A stretch of DNA of 64,000 nt from a virus. The stretch spans positions 15,764 to 79,763 of IMG/VR virus record IMGVR_UViG_3300030108_004141, one strand, 5' to 3'. This document shows positions 9,930 to 19,444 of this stretch, piece by piece (position 1 is the stretch's first letter; each line of letters opens with the position of its first letter). A model generated the notes under the pieces. That model did not search any database. It saw nothing but the letters and a program-made list of their open reading frames with translations, and had not been told where the DNA came from. Position numbers and translations under genes: made by a program.

Positions 9930-10500
9930 GTTTGAACAAAGGGTTGCTGAGTTCTTTGGTGCGCCATATGCTGTCGCAGTAGATTCATGTACCCATGGAG
10001 TAGAACTTTGCCTGAGGTATAAAAACTCATCATACATGTTCGTTCCTGTTCGCACATACTTATCAATCCCTATGTTAGCTAAAAAACTCAACATACAGTT
10101 TTATTGGTCTAATGAGCCATGGGAAAACTATTATGAGCTCATAGATAAAATATATGACGCTGCAGTTTTATGGGAGCGCGATAGCTATATTCCAGGAACG
10201 ATGATGTCGCTCAGTTTTCAGTTTCAGAAACATCTCAGCCTTGGCAGAGGTGGTATGATACTGCTTGATGATAAAGAAGCTCATGAAGAGCTGATTCGTA
10301 TGAGTTATGACGGTCGTGACCGCGATATGCCTTGGCGTGATCAGAATGTCAAAACACATGGATATCATTATTATATGACACCTGAAACTGCGATCACTGG
10401 AATAGAACGATTGGAAGATGCTATAAATAGAAAGCCGAAACAGTGGGTCATGAGTGATTGGCCAAATTTATCTTTGATGGAGGTATTTCGTAATGGCTAA
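9910..10500 (+). CDS. DegT/DnrJ/EryC1/StrS aminotransferase (perosamine synthase-like, short)
   Basis: EFE..VAEFFGAPYAVAVDSCT, DAA, SFQFQKHL..GRGGM (PLP lysine); start taken at MFQKV. Confidence 0.85.
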   Translation: MFQKVTEFEQRVAEFFGAPYAVAVDSCTHGVELCLRYKNSSYMFVPVRTYLSIPMLAKKLNIQFYWSNEPWENYYELIDKIYDAAVLWERDSYIPGTMMSLSFQFQKHLSLGRGGMILLDDKEAHEELIRMSYDGRDRDMPWRDQNVKTHGYHYYMTPETAITGIERLEDAINRKPKQWVMSDWPNLSLMEVFRNG

Positions 10501-11458
10501 AGCATTAATCACAGGTATCAGTGGACAAGATGGGAGTTATCTAACCGAGTATCTTCTAGAACTAGGATACGATGTCTATGGTATAGTTCGCCGCCATAGT
10601 GTCGCAGAAAATCAAAGCGCAAGGTTGGTTGATACCAATCACAGAATTAAAACATTCTATGGTGACCTGACCGATGAGTTATCTCTGTATCGGATTGTTG
10701 AAGAGGTAAAGCCAGACGAGGTTTACAATCTCGCTGCTATGAGTCATGTGCGAATCAGCACCGATATGCCAGCTTTCACGATAAAAACTAACTCGCTGGG
10801 TGTTCTAAATATGCTAGAGGTGGTGCGAACAGTTGTACCGAAAGCAAGGTTCTATCAAGCATCATCAAGTGAGATGTTTGGTAACTCTATCGAGCCAGGA
10901 GGTATGCAAACTCTAACGACTCCGATGCATCCTGTCAGCCCATACGGTTGTTCAAAGGTATTAGGATACAACTTGGTTCGGCATTATCGTAATGGTTTCA
11001 AAATGCATGCTTGTAATGGTATCTTGTTCAATCACGAGTCACCTCGTCGGGGAACAAACTTTGTAACTAATAAGGTTGTGAAAACTGCGGTTCAGATCAA
11101 GAAGGGTATGGTCGACAAACTCGAGCTAGGAAATATGGATAGTTGCCGCGATTGGGGTCACAGTTATGATTACGTTCGGGGAATGCATAAGATAATTAAT
11201 CACGAGGTTCCAGATGACTTCATTATCGCCACTGGTGACACTTACTCTGTTAGAGATATGTGTGATCATGTTTTTTCTCGTCTCGATATGGATTATAAAG
11301 ATTACGTGGTCCAAAATCCGAAGTATATGCGACCGGAAGAGCTAAAGTATCTTCGGGGTGATTCATCTAAGATTCGTGAAACTTTGGGTTGGGAGCCAAC
11401 TTACACGTTTGCCTCTATGCTAGATGAGATGATTGAACATTGGATGGAAAAGATATGA
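10493..11458 (+). CDS. gmd: GDP-mannose 4,6-dehydratase
   Basis: ALITGISGQDGSYL, YQASSSEMFG, SPYGCSK, ILFNHESPRRG, RDWGH. Confidence 0.96.
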   Translation: MAKALITGISGQDGSYLTEYLLELGYDVYGIVRRHSVAENQSARLVDTNHRIKTFYGDLTDELSLYRIVEEVKPDEVYNLAAMSHVRISTDMPAFTIKTNSLGVLNMLEVVRTVVPKARFYQASSSEMFGNSIEPGGMQTLTTPMHPVSPYGCSKVLGYNLVRHYRNGFKMHACNGILFNHESPRRGTNFVTNKVVKTAVQIKKGMVDKLELGNMDSCRDWGHSYDYVRGMHKIINHEVPDDFIIATGDTYSVRDMCDHVFSRLDMDYKDYVVQNPKYMRPEELKYLRGDSSKIRETLGWEPTYTFASMLDEMIEHWMEKI

Positions 11459-11967
11459 GCATTGTCACGAAGATTGCAGACCTTCGGGTCAAATCAGAAA
11501 GGTTTGACTTCGAAACTGATAACGCGACTGAGTTATACGAAAAGCTCCGAGACGCTATGTGCGAAAATAATGGGATAGGGTTATCGGCGATACAGCTCGG
11601 GATACCCAAAAGAGTGTTTGTGATAGGTAATCCGGATCAGCCCGATGAAGTAATGCCGTTCTTCAATCCGATTATAGTTGACACATATGGTGAAAAGATA
11701 CAGTATGAAGAGGGTTGTTTATCGTTTCCTGGTCTTTTTCTGAGAGTGAATAGATTGGATAACTGTCGGGTTCGATACGCTAATATTAACGGTGAGGTCG
11801 CCACTAATCAGTTCAGAGGGATCACATCGAGGGTAATACAGCATGAATATGATCATTTAGATGGTATTTTATACACCTCGAGAACGAATAGGGTCTATTT
11901 AGATCAGGCACGCCGAAAACAGAAAAAAATGAACAGAATTAGGAAAAAAGAGAAAAAAGTCGCTTAG
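11455..11967 (+). CDS. def: Peptide deformylase
   Basis: GIGLSAIQ, EGCLS, QHEYDHLDG motifs. Confidence 0.95.
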   Translation: MSIVTKIADLRVKSERFDFETDNATELYEKLRDAMCENNGIGLSAIQLGIPKRVFVIGNPDQPDEVMPFFNPIIVDTYGEKIQYEEGCLSFPGLFLRVNRLDNCRVRYANINGEVATNQFRGITSRVIQHEYDHLDGILYTSRTNRVYLDQARRKQKKMNRIRKKEKKVA

Positions 11968-11968
11968 T

Positions 11969-12001
11969 TCCCTTTACAATATGAAAATCATGTGATAGAA
12001 T
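11969..12001 (+). promoter_or_regulatory. Sigma70-like promoter, TCC(C/A) family
   Basis: TCCC-TTTACA-N17-TAGAAT with extended -10 TG. Confidence 0.75.
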
Positions 12002-12007
12002 GGGTAC

Positions 12008-14155
12008 ATGATTGGAGAGAGAGCTATGAAAGATACCGTTTCTTCGTACGACCCAGCAAATCTTGAAAAACTAGCGAGTTTGCTTGCTACCGAAGATCTT
12101 ATCGTTGAGCATGCTGCAGTTCCTACTGCGTCATTTGATCTAAAAAATCGTAAGGTCGTTTTGCCTACATGGAGAGAGATGAACAAGTCTCTGTACCATA
12201 TGTTAGTTTTGCATGAAATAGGTCATGCTCTTTATACACCCTTTGAAGAGTTCAAGGGTCACGTCGATGATAACGATAGAAATCTCAAGGATTATATCAA
12301 TGTCATCGAAGATGCTCGTATTGAGCGTAAGATCAAGATCACTTATCCTGGTTCACGGAAAGATTTTAATGAGGGTTACAATACCCTCAATGAGCGTGAC
12401 TTCTTTGGTTGCTTAGAGCGCGACCCAAGTTCTCTCAACCTGATTGATCGTATTAACTTATATTTCAAACTCGGCTCTCGTGTGCATATAGAGTTTGCCC
12501 CAGAAGAGCAGATTTTTGTAGATGAGGCTGAAAGAACTGTAACATTTCAGGATGTAGTTGCCCTCGCCAAAAAAATATATGAATATGCCCAAGAACAAGC
12601 TGAAACTGCTCAGGAGCATCAAAATAACTCAGATGACCCCGATGAATGGGATGATTGGGATATAACTAATCCTGATTCTCAAGAAGGCGAAGAAGAAGAT
12701 AGTGAAGAGGGCAGCGATGGAGAGGGCAGCGATGGAGAGGGCGACCAAGTAGAAACATCCGAAGATTCAGAGGGTTCTGAGGGTCCTCAGGTAAAGACCG
12801 AAGAGCATGAGGGTGGTCACGGTATCTCTGCTCAAACCGTTTCTGAGTTCGAGCGCAACATGACAGAGCGAATGGTTATGGATGATGCTCGCGCTCCTGA
12901 ATATTATGATATCGACCTCAGGAAATTAGATTACAAAAAAATTGTAATCGATTTCAAATCTGTTATCAAGGAGTTCCAATATGCAACGGAAAGCAGACTT
13001 CCTGAGGATGATAACGATGCTATATGGAAATGGTTTTTGCAAAAAAATAAAAACAGCGTCAACTATCTCGTAAAAGAGTTTGAGATGAAGAAAGCTGCCG
13101 AGCAGTATTCACGAGCAAAAACTGATAAGACTGGTAAAGTGGATCCAAACAAGCTGTTCAATTATAAGTTCAGTGATGATATCTTCTTGCGCAATACAGT
13201 TATGCCAGGAGCCAAAAGTCATGGACTTGTGCTGTTTTTAGATTTATCTGGATCAATGTGTGAAAATATGTTGGGAACGGTATCTCAGCTCTTGTGTCTA
13301 ACTATGTTTTGTCGCAAAGCTGGTATCCCCCACCGAGTTTATGGTTTTACAGATTGCTGGTTCAATAGAGAACGCATTATTCCTCCGGCTGGGGATACTC
13401 TACTCAGTATAGCAACTCACAATTTCAAAGGAGCTAGAAATGATAAAGTCAGATTGCTTGAGTTCTTTACTGAAAAAATGAAAAATCAAGATTTTATGTT
13501 TATGGCTAAAAATCTTCTCGAGATCGGTTTCGCTCACAATTATCGATATAGTTGGTCTCGTAAAAGCTATCCTGAAGGTCTCGATGATGCTACAGTTCCT
13601 ACCAACTATTCGCTGCCTCTTGGAGGAACACCCTTAAATGAATGTCTAGCCTATGCGAGAAACCTGATAGAGGACTTCCGCAAAGAAACCAATTCTGAGA
13701 TAGCTAATTTTGTATGCCTGACAGATGGCGGCTCTAATAGTTTAGATGCTAGATGGGGGATTGCTCGTGATAAAGAAACTCGTATGCAGTCCGATTTTAA
13801 CAGACATCATAATCAAACTGAGTTTTTGCTGAAAATTTTGAAAAAAACTTGTGGTGTCCATGCCATAAACTTTTACATCAGTCCTGATCGCAGACCATGG
13901 TCTATTTCTTATGAGAATCTTAATGTACAAGAAAGGTTCCGTAAAGAAAAAATGGTCACTACTCATAACTGGTTAGGATTTGATGATGTTCACACTATCA
14001 TGGGCGGGAAGGCTCTGAACCATAAAGAGGTATCTATCGACGACGCCAAAAAGATACAAAAAGGTGCATTGGCTCGTACTATGATAAAAATGGGTGGTAA
14101 CAGACGTGGTTCCCGTGTTATCTTGAGTAAGTTTATCGACCGTATCGCTGCATAA
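12008..14155 (+). CDS. CobT-like metallopeptidase plus VWA domain protein
   Basis: HEIGH, NVIEDARIE, acidic linker, DLSGSM MIDAS, GGTPL, LTDG; pairs with the downstream AAA; start may be 12026. Confidence 0.85.
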   Translation: MIGERAMKDTVSSYDPANLEKLASLLATEDLIVEHAAVPTASFDLKNRKVVLPTWREMNKSLYHMLVLHEIGHALYTPFEEFKGHVDDNDRNLKDYINVIEDARIERKIKITYPGSRKDFNEGYNTLNERDFFGCLERDPSSLNLIDRINLYFKLGSRVHIEFAPEEQIFVDEAERTVTFQDVVALAKKIYEYAQEQAETAQEHQNNSDDPDEWDDWDITNPDSQEGEEEDSEEGSDGEGSDGEGDQVETSEDSEGSEGPQVKTEEHEGGHGISAQTVSEFERNMTERMVMDDARAPEYYDIDLRKLDYKKIVIDFKSVIKEFQYATESRLPEDDNDAIWKWFLQKNKNSVNYLVKEFEMKKAAEQYSRAKTDKTGKVDPNKLFNYKFSDDIFLRNTVMPGAKSHGLVLFLDLSGSMCENMLGTVSQLLCLTMFCRKAGIPHRVYGFTDCWFNRERIIPPAGDTLLSIATHNFKGARNDKVRLLEFFTEKMKNQDFMFMAKNLLEIGFAHNYRYSWSRKSYPEGLDDATVPTNYSLPLGGTPLNECLAYARNLIEDFRKETNSEIANFVCLTDGGSNSLDARWGIARDKETRMQSDFNRHHNQTEFLLKILKKTCGVHAINFYISPDRRPWSISYENLNVQERFRKEKMVTTHNWLGFDDVHTIMGGKALNHKEVSIDDAKKIQKGALARTMIKMGGNRRGSRVILSKFIDRIAA
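12707..12742 (+). repeat. 15-bp coding tandem repeat (EGSDG) x2.4
   Basis: GAGGGCAGCGATGGA twice plus GAGGGC, in the acidic linker. Confidence 0.9.
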
Positions 14156-14167
14156 AAATATAAAAAG

Positions 14168-14200
14168 TCCATTGCGATATTCGGTTTTATGTGATACAAT
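14168..14200 (+). promoter_or_regulatory. Sigma70-like promoter, TCC(C/A) family
   Basis: TCCA-TTGCGA-N17-TACAAT with extended TG. Confidence 0.7.
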
Positions 14201-14236
14201 GTATATATGATGAGTTCAGTGAGAGGAGAATATATT

Positions 14237-15421
14237 ATGGAACTCGACGAAAAACAACAGTTTTTAGTGAAGGCTCTTAAAGATTGCCATGGCACCGAAA
14301 ATATCAAAAACAAACAGGTCATTGACCTTGCTGCCGAACTTGGTATGGAGCGTCCCAACTGGTTCTTTGATAATTATGGAGTCAAAACTGCCAGAGGTGT
14401 TTGGAGTTTACCCGACACTGGTAATTCTGTAGATATGGCAGCCCAAATTATTCCCATCCGTGAGGAGAAAACGGTGCAGTCAAGGTTCGACCCAAACACC
14501 GTCTCTGAGTTCGAGTATGCTCAGGTTCCTGATAAAGATTCATCGTATGTCCCATTCGGTGAGTTCAAGGACATTGAAAGTATTATTCGCTCTCAGCAGT
14601 TCTTTCCGATATTCATTTCAGGATTATCGGGGAATGGTAAGACGTTCATGGTCGAACAGGCTTGCTCTCGAGCGAAGCGTCCGATGGTTCGCGTTCAAAT
14701 GTCTCGTGAAACTGACGAGGATGATTTGATCGGCGGCTTCCGTTTGGTGAACGGTGAAACCAAGTTCATGAAGGGTCCAGTCCTTCGTGCGATGGAACTT
14801 GGTGCTGTGCTTCTGATCGATGAGGCAGATCGTGCTGACCCTGGAAAAGTCATGTGCTTGCAGGGTGTGCTCGAGGGCAAGCCATATTATGCTAAGAAAA
14901 CAGGCGAGGTGGTCAAACCTGCTCCTGGTTTCAATGTGATCGTAACTGCTAACACCAAGGGCAAAGGCTCCGATGATGGTCGCTATATTTCAGCAACCAT
15001 TCTCGACGAAGCATGGCTCGAGCGGTTCCCGATTACTGTCGAGCAAAACTTTCCTTCGGAAGCTATCGAAAAACGTATCCTCAGGAAGCATGATATTGAT
15101 GAGGAGTTCATCAATCATCTCGTAATGTGGGCTGCTGTTATTCGCAAGACCTTCTTCGAAGGTGCTATTGACGAGATCATCTCGACTCGTCGTTTGGTTC
15201 ACATTGCTAAAACATTCAAGATCTTTAATGATCGTGAGCGTGCTATCACTTTGTGTGTCAACCGCTATGATGAGGAAACTAAGACTGCTTTCCTCGACTT
15301 ATATGCCAAAGTTGATCCTTCCTTATCTCCGGAAGAAACTTTGGATCCCGAGACTCTCCCAAACCCTCTTCGTGAAGGTTTAGAGAGTGAAGCCCAGGAC
15401 GGTGAAGAGATTCCGTTCTGA
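14237..15421 (+). CDS. cobS: CobS/MoxR-like AAA+ ATPase
   Basis: GLSGNGKT, ETDEDDLIGG, LLIDE, TANTKGKGSDDGR, ISTRRL; SD GAGAGGAG before ATG 14237. Confidence 0.9.
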   Translation: MELDEKQQFLVKALKDCHGTENIKNKQVIDLAAELGMERPNWFFDNYGVKTARGVWSLPDTGNSVDMAAQIIPIREEKTVQSRFDPNTVSEFEYAQVPDKDSSYVPFGEFKDIESIIRSQQFFPIFISGLSGNGKTFMVEQACSRAKRPMVRVQMSRETDEDDLIGGFRLVNGETKFMKGPVLRAMELGAVLLIDEADRADPGKVMCLQGVLEGKPYYAKKTGEVVKPAPGFNVIVTANTKGKGSDDGRYISATILDEAWLERFPITVEQNFPSEAIEKRILRKHDIDEEFINHLVMWAAVIRKTFFEGAIDEIISTRRLVHIAKTFKIFNDRERAITLCVNRYDEETKTAFLDLYAKVDPSLSPEETLDPETLPNPLREGLESEAQDGEEIPF

Positions 15422-15448
15422 TTTCGTTAACTGTAGAAGGTGACTAAT

Positions 15449-15697
15449 ATGTCAAAGACCGATCGTATCCTTGAAGCCCTGATGGGTGGGGAAGAACTTA
15501 CTGCTAAACAGATGAAGGCTCGCTTCTCTGTAGGCAATCCCGCTGAAGTTGTTCGGCAGCTTCGGTTCAAGGGTTTCGCTGTTTACACGAATCCTCGTAC
15601 GAACAGCAAGGGTAAGACGAAGAACTTCTATCGTCTTGGCACACCCAGCCGCGCAGTTGTAGCTGCTGGCTATCGTGCACTTGCTCAGGCAGCTTAA
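15449..15697 (+). CDS. Small HTH-like DNA-binding protein
   Basis: ILEAL..GEELTAKQ...LR..G..VY.N...YRLGTPSR pattern seen in T4-like phages. Confidence 0.65.
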   Translation: MSKTDRILEALMGGEELTAKQMKARFSVGNPAEVVRQLRFKGFAVYTNPRTNSKGKTKNFYRLGTPSRAVVAAGYRALAQAA

Positions 15698-15727
15698 CAC
15701 TGAGCATTCTATCTCTCCTCTCTACTC

Positions 15728-15760
15728 GGTCGGGGAATTTATTTCCCCGACCACTCTTTC
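15728..15760 (+). terminator. Hairpin / probable terminator
   Basis: GGTCGGGGAA-TTTAT-TTCCCCGACC followed by a pyrimidine run. Confidence 0.7.
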
Positions 15761-15791
15761 CCTTTACAAAAGTGGAACTATATAGTAGAGT
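15759..15791 (+). promoter_or_regulatory. Sigma70-like promoter, TCC(C/A) family
   Basis: TCCC-TTTACA-N17-TAGAGT. Confidence 0.7.
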
Positions 15792-15818
15792 GAGTGAGTT
15801 GTTTAATATGGAGGGAAT

Positions 15819-16682
15819 ATGGCAATCCAAGTTGATGTAAGTATCGAAGATCTAAGAAGAAGAAAGATCTTTGTAGCCACACCGATGTATGGTGGTGTGT
15901 GCGGTGGGCAGTTTTGTAAGTCTATCGCTGACCTAATGTCTCTCGCGAGTCAATATGGTGTCCATGTAAATCTTTTCTTTTTATACAACGAAAGTTTAAT
16001 CACACGAGCAAGGAACTATCTTGTCGATGAGTTTTTGCGTAGTGATTGCACCCATTTAATGTTTATTGATTCAGATATCGGGTTTGATCCTAATGATGTA
16101 ATTGCCCTAACTGTTATGTCTGGTTTTGAGGGTGAAGAAAACGATCGTGAGATAGTTTGTGGTCCATATCCTAAGAAGTGTATCTCTTGGGAAAAAATTA
16201 AACGTGCTGTTGATAAAGGGTTCGCGGATGAAAATCCTAACAAGCTAGAAAAATATGTGGGTGATTATGTTTTTAATCCAGTCGGTGGCACTACTGAGAT
16301 TCGCCTCGATGAACCTGTTGAAGTGTTAGAGGGTGGCACTGGTTTTATGTGTGTTCGGCGTAGTGCCTTTGAAAAATTTGAAAAAGCATATCCTGAGTAT
16401 CACTATCTCCCAGATCACGCTCGCACTAAAAACTTCGATGGATCTCGCGAAATCATGATGTACTTTCAGGCTCTGATTGATCCAGATTCTAAAAGGTATC
16501 TTTCAGAGGATTATATGTTTTGTCAGTGGGCACGCAAAATAGGTATCAATGTATGGATGTGCCCATGGATGAAACTCGAACACACTGGCACTTATGTGTT
16601 CGGTGGCTCACTAGTCGATCTTGCTCAAATCGGTGCAACTGCTACGGTTGATCAGAGCATGGTTGGTAAAGAACTTGGATAA
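15819..16682 (+). CDS. GT-A fold glycosyltransferase-like protein
   Basis: IFVATPMYGG, NESLITRARN, LMFIDSDI (DxD), YLSEDYMFC. Confidence 0.75.
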   Translation: MAIQVDVSIEDLRRRKIFVATPMYGGVCGGQFCKSIADLMSLASQYGVHVNLFFLYNESLITRARNYLVDEFLRSDCTHLMFIDSDIGFDPNDVIALTVMSGFEGEENDREIVCGPYPKKCISWEKIKRAVDKGFADENPNKLEKYVGDYVFNPVGGTTEIRLDEPVEVLEGGTGFMCVRRSAFEKFEKAYPEYHYLPDHARTKNFDGSREIMMYFQALIDPDSKRYLSEDYMFCQWARKIGINVWMCPWMKLEHTGTYVFGGSLVDLAQIGATATVDQSMVGKELG

Positions 16683-16695
16683 GGAGAAATATATT

Positions 16696-17364
16696 ATGAA
16701 ACTTTCTAGTGAAACGAGTGAGGTTCTTAAAAACTTCGCTTCTATCAATATGTCCTTGATGTTCAAGGAGGGTAAAACTTTGCGAACCGTTTCACCGCAA
16801 AAGAGTGTTCTCGCTCAGGTGAATGTTGCTGAAGAGTTTCCTCAGCAGTTTGCTATCTTTGATATGAATCAGTTCCTCGCAACATTTTCAGCGTTTGAGG
16901 ATCCTGATATCAACTTCAATGAAAAGAGTTTATCTATCAGCAATGGCTCAGGTGGCACTGCACATCTGACATATGCTGCTCCGGAAAACATTATCGCCCC
17001 ACCCGATAAGGATATCACTCTTCCTTCGGTTGAGGTTTCTATGAAGATTGAAGAGAAGGCTATGTCTAGCGCATTGAAGATGGCTGGTATCCTAGATCTT
17101 CCTGAAGTTGCCTTGGTAGGTCGCGACGGTGTTGCGTATCTAACTGCTGTCGACTCTCGTAACCAAGGCTCTAATAGGTTTGAGATGCCTGTCGGCGATA
17201 CCTCTAACAAGTTTATGATGATTTTCAAAGTTGAAAATTTAAAGATTCTTCCTCGGGATTACAATGTAGATATCTCCGCTAAAGGCATCTCACACTGGAA
17301 AACTGAGGATGGTGATATTCAGTACTGGATTGCGACGGAGACTTCCTCTAAATTTGAATCCTAA
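16696..17364 (+). CDS. gp45: Sliding clamp
   Basis: MKLS..T..VLKNFASIN, FAIFD..QFL, FKVENLK, YWIA.E; SD AAGGAG. Confidence 0.93.
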   Translation: MKLSSETSEVLKNFASINMSLMFKEGKTLRTVSPQKSVLAQVNVAEEFPQQFAIFDMNQFLATFSAFEDPDINFNEKSLSISNGSGGTAHLTYAAPENIIAPPDKDITLPSVEVSMKIEEKAMSSALKMAGILDLPEVALVGRDGVAYLTAVDSRNQGSNRFEMPVGDTSNKFMMIFKVENLKILPRDYNVDISAKGISHWKTEDGDIQYWIATETSSKFES

Positions 17365-17390
17365 TCTGAAACTTTATATTATGGTGATTT

Positions 17391-18335
17391 GTGATGCGTG
17401 AAGATTTTCTCTGGGTTGAGAAATATCGTCCGAGTAAAATTTCTGATTGTGTTCTTCCTAAAAGTTTGAAAGATACATTTCAGAAGTTCGTTGATGATAA
17501 AGAGGTGCCCAACCTTCTCCTCTCTGGTGGGGCTGGTATCGGTAAAACAACTGTGGCTCGTGCTATGCTTGATGAGCTTGATGCCGACTCTATAATTATC
17601 AACGGTTCGATGAATGGTAATATTGATACACTGAGACACGATATTCGTAACTTTGCTGGTACAGTATCGTTTACACAGGGTAGAAAATATGTGATTCTCG
17701 ACGAGGCTGATTATCTCAATCCTAACTCGACCCAGCCAGCTCTCCGAAATTTTATGGAGGAGTTTTCTAATAACTGTGGCTTCGTTCTGACCTGCAACTT
17801 TAAAAATCGCATTATCTCTCCTCTACATTCGCGATGTTCGGTTGTTGATTTTAAAATCACAGGGAAAGAAAAAGCCAAGCTGGCTGGGACTTTTTTAGAG
17901 CGTGCTTGTTGGATCTTAGATCAAGAGGGTGTAGCATACGATAAGAAAGTGGTTGCTGAAGTTCTGATGAAGTATTTCCCAGACTGGCGTCGTGTGCTGA
18001 ACGAACTTCAGCGATATGGTGCTACAGGCAATATCGATTCTGGTATCCTCGCTCATGTCAGTGATTTAGATATCACAGGTTTGGTCGATGCCCTGCGTAA
18101 TAAAGATTTCAAAACTATGCGCAAGTGGGTCGGTACAAACAGTGAGCAGGATGTCAATGTTCTTTTTCGGAAGCTATATGACACCGCTCATGACTTCCTA
18201 GAAAAAGGTAGCATTCCTCAACTCGTTCTTATCCTCGCCGACTATCAATACAAGTCTGCGTTTGTTGTGGATCAAGAGATAAATCTGGCAGCGTGCTTCA
18301 CGCAAATTATGGTAGATTGTGAGTTTACTAAATGA
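17391..18335 (+). CDS. gp44: Clamp loader large subunit
   Basis: LWVEKYRP, GGAGIGKTT, ILDEAD, PLHSRC. Confidence 0.96.
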   Translation: MMREDFLWVEKYRPSKISDCVLPKSLKDTFQKFVDDKEVPNLLLSGGAGIGKTTVARAMLDELDADSIIINGSMNGNIDTLRHDIRNFAGTVSFTQGRKYVILDEADYLNPNSTQPALRNFMEEFSNNCGFVLTCNFKNRIISPLHSRCSVVDFKITGKEKAKLAGTFLERACWILDQEGVAYDKKVVAEVLMKYFPDWRRVLNELQRYGATGNIDSGILAHVSDLDITGLVDALRNKDFKTMRKWVGTNSEQDVNVLFRKLYDTAHDFLEKGSIPQLVLILADYQYKSAFVVDQEINLAACFTQIMVDCEFTK

Positions 18336-18658
18336 TAAGCATAGATGATATTGGTGGTGAGATCGTAAAGTGTGATGAACGATACGTTGTTAAGGATAAC
18401 GGTGAACTCAGCAACCTCGTTCTCAGTAGCACAGATTTGAAACCTAACAAAAGTACAACTGGTCACAAGCATCCTGGTCAAGAGGAAATATATCAGTTCG
18501 TTAAAGGCGATGGTGTCATAGAGTTAGATGATAAGAATCTTGTAGTGAAAGCAGGTGATATTGTTCTAATACATGACGGTGTCTTTCATCGCGTTCATGC
18601 TGGTGAAAATGGTTGTTATTTCGTATGTGTGTTTGATGGGAGTAGGAGTCACAAATGA
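18332..18658 (+). CDS. Cupin-2 domain protein
   Basis: GHKH.GQEEIY.F..G.G ... GDIVLI.DGVFH. Confidence 0.8.
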   Translation: MISIDDIGGEIVKCDERYVVKDNGELSNLVLSSTDLKPNKSTTGHKHPGQEEIYQFVKGDGVIELDDKNLVVKAGDIVLIHDGVFHRVHAGENGCYFVCVFDGSRSHK

Positions 18659-19056
18659 AGGTGGGATTTACAGCGAGTTCTTTTGATCTGCTACATGCTG
18701 GGCATATTCTTATGCTCAAAGAGGCGAAACATGTTTGTGACCATTTGATCTGTGGTCTACAAACAGATCCGACCATTGATCGCCCTGAAAAAAATAAACC
18801 AGTTCAGGGTTACATGGAAAGATATATACAGTTGTCAGCAGTAAAGTACGTCGATGAAATTATACCATACGCAACTGAGGCTGAGTTACTTTCTCTCATG
18901 CAGCATTTACCGATAGATGTCAGAATCATCGGTGAGGATTACATGGGAAAAAACTTTACTGGTAAAGATTTAGATATCCCATTGTATTTCAATAAGCGTC
19001 GTCACGATTGGAGTACTTCAGGGTTGAGGCAAAGAGTGTGTGATGAAACCATTTGA
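18655..19056 (+). CDS. Glycerol-3-phosphate cytidylyltransferase-like protein
   Basis: FDLLHAGH (HxGH), GLQTDP, KYVDEI, STSGLR. Confidence 0.85.
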   Translation: MKVGFTASSFDLLHAGHILMLKEAKHVCDHLICGLQTDPTIDRPEKNKPVQGYMERYIQLSAVKYVDEIIPYATEAELLSLMQHLPIDVRIIGEDYMGKNFTGKDLDIPLYFNKRRHDWSTSGLRQRVCDETI

Positions 19057-19444
19057 TTATGTGAGTGCTGTTACATATTCTAAGAAGGATATGATGCGTG
19101 ACACAGACAACGATGAGTTAGCTGAAAAGTCATACGAGCCATTCCTGACTAACCGTGCTCTTTCGTATCACATTGATTGTGTGCCATATGCGAATGAGAT
19201 GAACCGTTATCCCGATCTCGATAAACTATTACAATTCGACTTTTTTATAAATACCCTCAGACCAATGAAGCGTTTTGCTAAATGGGTAAAGCCTGTACAA
19301 AATGAAGACTTGGAAGCTGTGATGGAATATTATAGTTACAGTCGAGTGAAAGCCGAAACTGCCCTCTCAGTTCTCACTCAGGATCAAATTGAACTGATAA
19401 AAGAGAAATTGATAAAGGGTGGACGAGATGGTAAATTTAGATGA
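19040..19444 (+). CDS. gp62: Clamp loader small subunit
   Basis: PFDY, YEPFLTNRALS, ANEMN, LQFDFFIN, KRFAKW. Confidence 0.92.
   Translation: MMKPFDYVSAVTYSKKDMMRDTDNDELAEKSYEPFLTNRALSYHIDCVPYANEMNRYPDLDKLLQFDFFINTLRPMKRFAKWVKPVQNEDLEAVMEYYSYSRVKAETALSVLTQDQIELIKEKLIKGGRDGKFR

Noticed and set aside
12008-15421. Cobalamin-biosynthesis auxiliary genes
   Set aside because: The CobS/CobT resemblance reflects a generic MoxR AAA-VWA pair, and there is no cobN or other cob gene in the window.
1093-19253. Intragenic TATAAATA copies (1093, 3565, 10422, 19246) as separate promoter features
   Set aside because: They are plausible internal late promoters, but an AT-rich 8-mer inside coding sequence can arise by chance and cannot be confirmed without TSS data.
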